Virus record (IMG/VR): IMGVR_UViG_3300035670_000028
Span: 32,001 to 96,000 of that record
Direction: 5' to 3' (one strand)
From: a virus
Length of the DNA stretch: 64,000 nucleotides
The position numbers were made by a program, and so were the translations under genes. Of the stretch, positions 30,219-37,211 are shown piece by piece (the stretch's first letter is position 1; each line of letters opens with the position of its first letter). The notes under the pieces were generated by a model. The model did no database searches. It was not told the DNA's origin and saw only the letters and a list, made by a program, of their open reading frames with translations.

Positions 30219-30677
30219 ATGATCAAGAAGAGGAAGGGCTGGTTCAGGCACATTAAGCCGAGCTCCCCGGTGTGCCCGAGGAAGCCGGAGAGGATGCTGA
30301 AGCGCGAGAGGCTAACGATCCTGTATGAACACTGCGGGAGCAGGATGAACCTATCAGAGATTCCCCTCCCCGAGGGGAAGGGCCTGGCTGATATCCAGCT
30401 GAGCGCTAGCGGGGATGAGGATGGTGATATCACCCTCGAGTTCTACACCCGGGAGGAGTACGAGGAGGAGAACCCCCACTACGAGCGCGAGATGAAGCAC
30501 TACAAGGCAGTGTACGCCAAGTACGAGCAGCTGAGGGATGAGTTCAAGGCCGAGCTAGCTGAGTGGAAGGCGTGGAATGCCGAGCAGGATGCTGCTGATG
30601 TGAAGGAGCGCCTCGAGGCTGCAGAGAGGCTGCTCCGCCAGCACGGCCGGCTCCCTGGAGGCCCGAGTGTGGGCTGA
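30219..30677 (+). CDS. Hypothetical protein, coiled-coil C-terminus
   Basis: RBS GAGGAGG. Confidence 0.5.
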   Translation: MIKKRKGWFRHIKPSSPVCPRKPERMLKRERLTILYEHCGSRMNLSEIPLPEGKGLADIQLSASGDEDGDITLEFYTREEYEEENPHYEREMKHYKAVYAKYEQLRDEFKAELAEWKAWNAEQDAADVKERLEAAERLLRQHGRLPGGPSVG

Positions 30678-30969
30678 TCCTGATCGGGCCATCCTAACCT
30701 ACCCACTCTTTGCGGGAGGCACCCTGGAGTTCGGGTGGGCCCGCTCCGGTGGCGGCATGAGCGTGGGCACGAATCCCCTCATGGCCCGCGTGCTAGTGCC
30801 ACCCTCTGGCGGCGAGTATCCCTCCGGCTGGTTCGTGGTGCAGGGCAAGCGCTCGCTCATCAAGGTGAAGGCCGAGTTCGATACCTACGGTGGTTTCATC
30901 CCAGATTGGCTCCGCGCAGATATGTTCGAGCACCACTACAACCTCCTCAGGATAGGCACCAGTGCGTGA
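30667..30969 (+). CDS. Hypothetical protein
   Basis: Overlapping ORF in array. Confidence 0.45.
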   Translation: MWADPDRAILTYPLFAGGTLEFGWARSGGGMSVGTNPLMARVLVPPSGGEYPSGWFVVQGKRSLIKVKAEFDTYGGFIPDWLRADMFEHHYNLLRIGTSA

Positions 30970-31051
30970 TCTGGCTCGCGAGCTGAGGAGGGGAGATCTC
31001 GTGCGGATCACGCGGTGCATGGTTAAGTTGCAGCGTGGGGATTCAACCTAA
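30962..31051 (+). pseudogene. Truncated GDLV microgene (29 aa)
   Basis: MRDLARELRRGDLVRITR.. closely matches the start of the 31422 gene; stop overlaps the late promoter. Confidence 0.55.
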
Positions 31052-31062
31052 TACTTATCACC

Positions 31063-31332
31063 ATGCGAATCACACTCAACGAGCTCCGCCTGATCATCAG
31101 GGAGGCGCTGGCTCAGCCCATGGAGTTCAAGCAGGCCGAGGAGCTCTACTCTGAACTGATCATGGGTGCCATGAGGGATAACCGCGGGAATGTTTCCGCC
31201 ATGCAGGCCGCCATGCGTGCCATCCCCGATCAGGTGCTCAAGCTCACCGGGTGGAGTGTGGAGGAGATCCAGGCAGGAACCGAGCGGGAAACCCGCGAGA
31301 GGATCGCGGCCATGAAGCAGGGCCGGCCCTGA
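31063..31332 (+). CDS. Tagged late protein
   Basis: MRITLNELRLIIREAL; ATACTTA at 31051. Confidence 0.65.
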   Translation: MRITLNELRLIIREALAQPMEFKQAEELYSELIMGAMRDNRGNVSAMQAAMRAIPDQVLKLTGWSVEEIQAGTERETRERIAAMKQGRP

Positions 31333-31421
31333 ACATTCCCGCCCACCCGGCTACAATTAGGCCAGGATGAGCAAGATTATAATTCCAGAGGATTACTCGG
31401 CCCCAACCCGGATGAGCACCA

Positions 31422-31712
31422 GTGCGTGATCTGCAGGCAGGAGATCTCGTGCGGATCACCCGGCAGCCAACTGATGATCCCCGCGCTGGGTGCTCCCACT
31501 TCTGGTGCGAGGAGGCTGGGCTATCCCTCCCCATCCCCTGGGGCACCGGCTGCCTGGTGGTTGATGTTGATGGCAGGAGCTCGCTGGGTAACGAGCTCAT
31601 TCACTTCATACATGAGGAGCGCGTGTTCGCGATCACCAAGTACCAGGTTGACTACTCGCACCCAGCGGGCCGAGTGGTGAGGCACCTGTGGTGCGAGCTG
31701 GTGGGAGGCTGA
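31422..31712 (+). CDS. KOW/SH3-like microprotein
   Basis: LQAGDLVRIT. Confidence 0.6.
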   Translation: MRDLQAGDLVRITRQPTDDPRAGCSHFWCEEAGLSLPIPWGTGCLVVDVDGRSSLGNELIHFIHEERVFAITKYQVDYSHPAGRVVRHLWCELVGG

Positions 31713-31715
31713 GAG

Positions 31716-31952
31716 GTGAAAGAATTCAGCAGCACCATCAGGCCCGGCGATCTCGTTCGCCCGAACCACTCGCGCGAGCACAATAAGAACAATGTGGGGA
31801 TCGTTCTCGAGATCTGCCAGCATCCACTTGCTGAGAGCGAGTTCATGGCACTCGTAATGTGGCCAGCGAATCCACCGGTGGAGCCAGCCTGGTTCCGGGC
31901 AGGTGGGCTGGAGAGGGTATCCCGTGCAAATGGGATGGGAGATGGGGTATAG
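31716..31952 (+). CDS. KOW/SH3-like microprotein
   Basis: IRPGDLVR..VGIVLE..LERV. Confidence 0.6.
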   Translation: MKEFSSTIRPGDLVRPNHSREHNKNNVGIVLEICQHPLAESEFMALVMWPANPPVEPAWFRAGGLERVSRANGMGDGV

Positions 31953-31959
31953 TGGTACC

Positions 31960-32172
31960 ATGGAGGAAGTGATGGCTGAGCCCAAGTGGAAGAAGTGCAG
32001 GAACCCGGATGATTGGTTCTGTGATGAGTGCCGGCACTGCACGGATCCCGAGTGCAAGAACTGCGGCCTGGATGGGCGCAGGAAGTGGATGAAGCACCTG
32101 GGTGATGATACTGCCCTGTGCGATCAGTGCTGGCCGGCCCACCACATGAAGTACGAGGGAGCCCCGCAGTGA
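31960..32172 (+). CDS. Cys-rich Zn-binding microprotein
   Basis: CDEC, CKNC, CDQC; own promoter 31925-31953. Confidence 0.55.
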   Translation: MEEVMAEPKWKKCRNPDDWFCDECRHCTDPECKNCGLDGRRKWMKHLGDDTALCDQCWPAHHMKYEGAPQ

Positions 32173-32393
32173 GGGTGCGCCCGATTCACGCTAATATTCA
32201 TCCCGGGTGCCTGTTCACACTGGGAGATTTTCCTCAGCCCTACCTGGCTGTGGATGTAGAGATATTGAATCCCGGTTCTACACTCGGGCCCACACACAGG
32301 ATTATTGCTGCTGAGTGCGGAAATAACGGAAAGCCGCGCCAGGTTACTCTGTACTACAGCGATCAGGTGGAGGTGATCGGTGAAGGTGGGTGA
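32169..32393 (+). CDS. KOW/SH3-like microprotein
   Basis: IHPGCLF..VEVI. Confidence 0.5.
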   Translation: MRVRPIHANIHPGCLFTLGDFPQPYLAVDVEILNPGSTLGPTHRIIAAECGNNGKPRQVTLYYSDQVEVIGEGG

Positions 32394-32574
32394 TCTCGTG
32401 GCCTACGTGCTCGATCCGGATCAAATCTACTTGATCGTAGATGGCGAGAGAATGCCTGATGAGAAGGGCGATCCAGATGGATACGCCACTATCTTTCGCC
32501 CAGGAGAAATGTTCAGGAGGATGAGGTACACTATTCTCGAAGCCAACTACAGGGTGGTAAGTGAAGGTGGGTGA
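32380..32574 (+). CDS. KOW/SH3-like microprotein
   Basis: MKVGDLVAY. Confidence 0.6.
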   Translation: MKVGDLVAYVLDPDQIYLIVDGERMPDEKGDPDGYATIFRPGEMFRRMRYTILEANYRVVSEGG

Positions 32575-32755
32575 TCTCGTGGTTTGGAATGGCCCGGCAT
32601 CCGGCAGTGCCTTCACCTACCTCCTGCTCGAGAGGCTGAGTGATATCCAGGATACCTCCATGGGCCTCATGCGCAGGTGGCGGGCACTATCCTGCATGGG
32701 CAGGTTCGAGGTGGTGTTCGAGGAGCACATGAGGGTGTACAGTGAAGGCAGGTGA
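32561..32755 (+). CDS. KOW/SH3-like microprotein
   Basis: MKVGDLVVW. Confidence 0.6.
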   Translation: MKVGDLVVWNGPASGSAFTYLLLERLSDIQDTSMGLMRRWRALSCMGRFEVVFEEHMRVYSEGR

Positions 32756-32930
32756 TCTCGTGCGGTGGAAGAACACCCAGATCGGCAAGGAATCCACCTA
32801 CCTGGTGCTCCGCCCAGATCCTGCGCGCTCGGAGAGCTACCAATCCGAGTGCTGGCAGGCCCTCTCGTGCAGGGGTGCCCTGGTGATCGTGCACGCGGAT
32901 GCAATGGAGGTGATCAGTGAAGCCGGGTGA
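32742..32930 (+). CDS. KOW/SH3-like microprotein
   Basis: MKAGDLVRW. Confidence 0.6.
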   Translation: MKAGDLVRWKNTQIGKESTYLVLRPDPARSESYQSECWQALSCRGALVIVHADAMEVISEAG

Positions 32931-33084
32931 ATTGGCCCGCGTGAGGATCCGCAACTCGATCTTCTACGGCAAGATCGCGCTGGTGGTGGGTGAGCCTAAT
33001 CGGGCCGGTGAAACCGATTACGTGCAGGTGATCTGTGATGGGATCAGGATGATGCCGCTACACTGGCTGGAGCCCGTGGAGTGA
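32917..33084 (+). CDS. KOW/SH3-like microprotein (55 aa, not in ORF track)
   Basis: MKPGELARVRIRNSIFYGKIALVVG..WLEPVE. Confidence 0.6.
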   Translation: MKPGELARVRIRNSIFYGKIALVVGEPNRAGETDYVQVICDGIRMMPLHWLEPVE

Positions 33085-33302
33085 GCCCACGTGCCGGAGA
33101 GCTCTGGGAGGTAACCGAAACCCAGCGGGTGGCTGTGGGCCAGAAGATCGCCACCTTCCTGATCTCCGGCCCTGCCCTCGTGCTGGAGGTGCACAGGAAC
33201 CATGATGGTGCGGGTGATTACTACACGATCCTGTGGGGCGGGCAGGTGAGGGAGATCATCGATTCTGCGCCCTGGAGGAGTTTCGGCGAGAGGATCTCGT
33301 GA
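33081..33302 (+). CDS. KOW/SH3-like microprotein
   Basis: PRAGELWEV..ALVLEV..YTILW. Confidence 0.55.
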   Translation: MSPRAGELWEVTETQRVAVGQKIATFLISGPALVLEVHRNHDGAGDYYTILWGGQVREIIDSAPWRSFGERIS

Positions 33303-33361
33303 TCTGCAGAACAGTTTGAGAAGCGCAGCATATTTATACCAAGATTTGAGGAGAGAAACGT

Positions 33362-33667
33362 ATGAGAATCACGCAAGCGCAGCTCAGGAAGATCATCAAG
33401 GAAGAGGCAGCCCGGGCGAAGGGAAAGCGCCTAAACGAGGAGCTCGGGATGGGTGCCGGATCAGCTGAGCTGCAAACTGCTCTGGATGTGATCTGTGATG
33501 GCTGGAAGGCGCAGTTCGATCCAGGCGATCCTAGCATGGATGCTGCTGGCGGCCGGCCCGCTTGGGATGCCCAGTGTGAGGCAGCCTGCGAGGAGCTCGG
33601 CGCAAAGATCGAGGAGCTCGTAATGCAGATCGAGGATGATCTCTACAATGGTGATTACGGGTATTGA
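33362..33667 (+). CDS. Tagged late protein
   Basis: MRITQAQLRKIIKEE..RLNEE; ATATTTA at 33330. Confidence 0.65.
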   Translation: MRITQAQLRKIIKEEAARAKGKRLNEELGMGAGSAELQTALDVICDGWKAQFDPGDPSMDAAGGRPAWDAQCEAACEELGAKIEELVMQIEDDLYNGDYGY

Positions 33668-33669
33668 AC

Positions 33670-33951
33670 ATGCGAATCACTAAATCACAGCTCAGGAAGA
33701 TCATTCGCGAAGAGGTGGAGAAGGTATCCCGCCCAGGTTCTTTTGCCTTCGGTGAATCACCTGATCCTCAGACTATTCATGATGCATTCTTGAGATTGAG
33801 GGATTTTCGCGGTGAGGTTCCAATTCAAAAACTTGCGAATGAACTTGGAGTTCATGTGAACCGAATTGATTTCAACGGTACCGGTTTAAGAGTAGAGAAC
33901 ACTATTGTTACCGAACTTCTCGGTGATACTCCGTATCGAACAGGTAGGTAG
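33670..33951 (+). CDS. Tagged late protein, possible HTH
   Basis: MRITKSQLRKIIREEV; IQKLANELGV. Confidence 0.6.
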   Translation: MRITKSQLRKIIREEVEKVSRPGSFAFGESPDPQTIHDAFLRLRDFRGEVPIQKLANELGVHVNRIDFNGTGLRVENTIVTELLGDTPYRTGR

Positions 33952-34023
33952 TGTTCCCCCACAAAAGGGAACCCTGAGTTCCCCTCCGTGTAAATCACCC
34001 AGGCTCTGTGTTATGGTTAGGCC

Positions 34024-34236
34024 ATGGGCAATCTGAAGCCGGGCGATCTGGTGTGCAGGGTGAGGCTGGGATCTCGTGATAAGCGCGTGGGAAAGCCCCG
34101 CCTGCTCGGGATCCTGCTCGAGGAGCCCAAGTTCCCGCAGTGGGGAAACTACCCGAAGAGCTACACAGTTCTCACACCTGCGGGGATCCAGATTCTCCGC
34201 GATCAGCCCAGAACCCTGATCGAGGGGGTGCCGTGA
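34024..34236 (+). CDS. KOW/SH3-like microprotein
   Basis: LKPGDLVCR. Confidence 0.6.
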   Translation: MGNLKPGDLVCRVRLGSRDKRVGKPRLLGILLEEPKFPQWGNYPKSYTVLTPAGIQILRDQPRTLIEGVP

Positions 34237-34451
34237 GAGAGTTTAAGCCGGGCGATCTCGTGCACGTGAAGAACTACTTCCGGAATGCTGTTCCGGTTGC
34301 AGGTGGCATTCACGCCATTGTGGTGCATGTTGAGAAGCGCCTCACGGGTTCTTTTTATATGCAGAAGAACCCGCTTGTTGAGGTTCTCACCGGGGATGGA
34401 TTCTTCAACTACTACACCGCCAGCAACCTGAAGCTACTGGAGCGCTCATGA
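34233..34451 (+). CDS. KOW/SH3-like microprotein
   Basis: FKPGDLVHV. Confidence 0.6.
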   Translation: MREFKPGDLVHVKNYFRNAVPVAGGIHAIVVHVEKRLTGSFYMQKNPLVEVLTGDGFFNYYTASNLKLLERS

Positions 34452-34636
34452 TCCCCGGAGCCCTAATCAGGTACAGGGTGGAGTACAGGGAAATGCTGCC
34501 ACACCGAGAGAGCGAGATCTACCTTGTGCTCGATCAGATGAGGCTGGGGGGCGAGCAGTACCTGCAGGTTCTCGGCCGCGGTGAGCTCCTGCACTTCAGG
34601 TTCAACTCCCTGTTCATGTACGAGGAGGTGGAGTGA
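34448..34636 (+). CDS. KOW/SH3-like microprotein
   Basis: MIPGALIRY. Confidence 0.55.
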   Translation: MIPGALIRYRVEYREMLPHRESEIYLVLDQMRLGGEQYLQVLGRGELLHFRFNSLFMYEEVE

Positions 34637-34878
34637 TGGGCAAGCACTGGTGGGAGGAGCACGTGCAGCCCGGAATGCTATTCGTGAGCAAGGTGCACCT
34701 GTACGCTGGATCCGCCAAGAACCCCGGAGCACCTGGATCGCTCGTGGAGCCCGGTGCCACTGCATTCGTGGTGGAGGTTGAGCCAATAGCAGGAAATGTA
34801 ACCTATGCGATCTGTGAGGAGCTGGGGAGGATTGATGCCACCTCATTCCTCTCGGTGTTCTCGCGTGTGGAGGAGTGA
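34636..34878 (+). CDS. KOW/SH3-like microprotein
   Basis: VQPGMLF. Confidence 0.5.
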   Translation: MGKHWWEEHVQPGMLFVSKVHLYAGSAKNPGAPGSLVEPGATAFVVEVEPIAGNVTYAICEELGRIDATSFLSVFSRVEE

Positions 34879-35078
34879 TGGGAACCAGATCTGAAACACT
34901 GCACATGGGCTGGATCCAGTGCACCCAGTGTGGGTGGGGATCCGAGGTTAGCCGCTCCGAGGTGGAGGCAGGTGATTACACCGATCGCCAGGCCTGCGAT
35001 CACTGCGGGATCGGGCCCTGCAGGATCGATTGGGATTGGCCGGATGGCCCGGGGTGGAGATATGAGGAGAAGAGATGA
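34878..35078 (+). CDS. Zn-ribbon microprotein
   Basis: CTQC..CDHC. Confidence 0.55.
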   Translation: MGTRSETLHMGWIQCTQCGWGSEVSRSEVEAGDYTDRQACDHCGIGPCRIDWDWPDGPGWRYEEKR

Positions 35079-35248
35079 GTGATCAAATCTTTATTCCGGA
35101 TTTCATTATCACATCCGGATCAAGTATCGATATTATGAGAGAGCGTGATGATCTCATCTCATTTCTGCTCGCTGAAGCACAGGCAGAATTCGATCGTGAT
35201 ATTATCGAGGCACTAACAAACTCACACACAGCAGAGGAGAAGAGATGA
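35075..35248 (+). CDS. 57-aa microprotein (not in ORF track)
   Basis: ATGA coupling at both ends; DDLISFLLAEAQAEFDRDIIEAL. Confidence 0.5.
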   Translation: MSDQIFIPDFIITSGSSIDIMRERDDLISFLLAEAQAEFDRDIIEALTNSHTAEEKR

Positions 35249-35442
35249 GAGTATCTAGAGAACAGTTCGATATGATCCGTGAAGTGCTAGCACTCCTGCG
35301 AGAGAAGCTACCAGGAGATACTGAGTACAAGTTGGCGCTCAGCCCAATCTGGGCCATCGAGAGGCCACCTCCTGAGCCCCACGAGTTTTCCAGACATATT
35401 TCTATCAATGGCTGTGTGCTGGAGGTGGAGGAGAAGAAATGA
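35245..35442 (+). CDS. Hypothetical microprotein
   Basis: ATGA coupling. Confidence 0.5.
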   Translation: MRVSREQFDMIREVLALLREKLPGDTEYKLALSPIWAIERPPPEPHEFSRHISINGCVLEVEEKK

Positions 35443-35726
35443 ACGCTGATCAGATCGCTGGCATGCTCGTGCTTGGAGTTCCCTTCCTGCTCACACTCAT
35501 CTTCCTCATCTGGCTCTACGGGGAGAAGCGCAGGGATAGGCTCCGCGCGCAGAGGAGCGAGGAGCTCAGGCGGGAGGTGCAGGCACTCCACAATAGCGCC
35601 CTCGATCTCAAGGATTACCTCACCAGCAAGCGGGTTTTCTTCATCGATCTAGACAGATGGGATCCTGAGGCAGCGGAGCAGATCATCGAGATCGCGCGCG
35701 AGATACAGAGGAGTGATAAGAAGTGA
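35439..35726 (+). CDS. Single-TM protein
   Basis: N-terminal hydrophobic helix. Confidence 0.55.
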   Translation: MNADQIAGMLVLGVPFLLTLIFLIWLYGEKRRDRLRAQRSEELRREVQALHNSALDLKDYLTSKRVFFIDLDRWDPEAAEQIIEIAREIQRSDKK

Positions 35727-35929
35727 GAGTGTATGCTACTACAGATGAGGGCAGGAGGTTCCTGCACTCGATTCGCTGTGATGGGCCCGGGTGCGAATCC
35801 GAGATCAAGCCCAATCCTAACATCTCCCAATCCGGTTGGGTGTGGTATGGGCAGGATCACGGCCCAGGCACCACGAGATTAGAATGGGATCACTGCCCAG
35901 ATTGCGATCGGAGAAGAAGTGCCCATTGA
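35723..35929 (+). CDS. Zn-binding microprotein
   Basis: CDGPGC..HCPDC. Confidence 0.55.
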   Translation: MRVYATTDEGRRFLHSIRCDGPGCESEIKPNPNISQSGWVWYGQDHGPGTTRLEWDHCPDCDRRRSAH

Positions 35930-36182
35930 GGTGTTAGGCCGCGATCACGAGGGAAGGGTTAGCTCCCAGCCCCCCATCAAGAGTGGCCCGAACCGCGGGC
36001 GGAGGAGGAGCGAGCCCAGGGGTGTTTGGGTGCCGGCAAGTGGCTACGCTTACGAGGAGCGGCAGGATGCCAAGTGTGCCCACTCTGGCTGGATCAAGGC
36101 AGTGCAGGAGCTAGGCCACCGGGTGGGATCCTGGGATTGCGATGGAGTGCGAAACTACTACGTGTTCAGGGAGGCGAGATGA
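35919..36182 (+). CDS. Hypothetical microprotein
   Basis: Overlapping ORF in array. Confidence 0.45.
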   Translation: MPIEVLGRDHEGRVSSQPPIKSGPNRGRRRSEPRGVWVPASGYAYEERQDAKCAHSGWIKAVQELGHRVGSWDCDGVRNYYVFREAR

Positions 36183-36397
36183 GGGAGAGCTGGAAGCAGA
36201 AGTATGATGAGCTATTCCGTATGTTGGAGAGCTACATCAAGCGGCTTCATACCGCCGAAGAAGAGAATAAGAGGCTCAAGGAGGCGCTGCATAAGATTGC
36301 AGATTGTAATTGCCCTCTTGTAGAAAATGAATATGGATACACCTCAGAACTTTCAGAGTGCCGCATGATCGCGAAGGCTGCGCTGAAGAGTGCATGA
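36179..36397 (+). CDS. Coiled-coil microprotein
   Basis: ENKRLKEALHKIA..IAKAAL. Confidence 0.5.
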   Translation: MRESWKQKYDELFRMLESYIKRLHTAEEENKRLKEALHKIADCNCPLVENEYGYTSELSECRMIAKAALKSA

Positions 36398-36621
36398 GCC
36401 GGTCCAGCGAGAGGTACGCTGAGATCTGCGAGGGAGATCTAATCGCCCTGCACCCGGTGGAGTGGCACTCAGGAACACCGCCCACCACCATGCTCGTGAT
36501 CTCAGCCCAGCCCTACGAAACACCGGTGCGCCCTCGGCCCACAGATCTCGTGGTGCTCACCTCCCGGGGAGAGATCATGCCCCTGCGCCTGGGTGCATTC
36601 CATCCGTACGTGAGGGTGTGA
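36394..36621 (+). CDS. KOW/SH3-like microprotein
   Basis: ICEGDLIAL. Confidence 0.55.
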   Translation: MSRSSERYAEICEGDLIALHPVEWHSGTPPTTMLVISAQPYETPVRPRPTDLVVLTSRGEIMPLRLGAFHPYVRV

Positions 36622-36671
36622 GCTGAATACTTATTGGCAGCGCTATTAGAATCCGCGCGTAGGAGTTAAAA

Positions 36672-36944
36672 ATGAAAGTACCCCTTCTAAAGCAATCCGA
36701 TGGGCGGCCCTCCGCCTCCTTCACCATGATGATCATAGCGTTCACCGTGGTTACCCTGTGGCTCACTGTATCGATCGTTGAGCAGGCATGGGGTTTCCAC
36801 ATCCGCGAGTTCTCGGGAGCGGAGGCCATGAGCTACTTCACCCCGATCGCCACCCTCTACTTCTCGAGGCGCTGGACCGATTCGAAGGCGCCGGCAGCCG
36901 GTGGCAGCACTCCCAGCACGCCCCCGCCCTCTCCCGAGGAGTGA
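36672..36944 (+). CDS. Two-TM holin-like protein
   Basis: Two hydrophobic segments; late motif ATACTTA at 36627. Confidence 0.45.
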   Translation: MKVPLLKQSDGRPSASFTMMIIAFTVVTLWLTVSIVEQAWGFHIREFSGAEAMSYFTPIATLYFSRRWTDSKAPAAGGSTPSTPPPSPEE

Positions 36945-36957
36945 GCCGCTGATCAGC

Positions 36958-37152
36958 ATGCAGGTGGGTGATCTCGTCAGGTTCACATCCCGGCACCTCG
37001 CCTACGATTACGAAGAGCTGGCAGGCACTGTTGGCGTGCTGGTCAGGCCTATTGAGCTACCGCATGCTGATGGTGTGCTGTACCTGTACTGGGAGGCCCT
37101 GTGGCAGGGCAAGTTCATCGTGCTGCACGAGACTGATCTGGAGTGTGTGTGA
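36958..37152 (+). CDS. KOW/SH3-like microprotein
   Basis: MQVGDLVRF..VGVLV..DLECV. Confidence 0.6.
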   Translation: MQVGDLVRFTSRHLAYDYEELAGTVGVLVRPIELPHADGVLYLYWEALWQGKFIVLHETDLECV

Positions 37153-37211
37153 TGAGCCTCCTGTGATCTTCGTCCGTGTAAATGATGCTCTGGTCAGAGT
37201 ATAATTGGATC

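Noticed and set aside
32366-33084. CRISPR array suggested by the 181-nt periodic repeat
   Set aside because: Repeats are degenerate, the intervening ~160-nt segments are open coding frames, and no cas genes are seen
37182-37211. ORF-track starts for dnaE (also 3575, 22827, 43692, 45947, 48040)
   Set aside because: They overlap promoters, hairpins or upstream genes; downstream starts fit the motifs and RBS better
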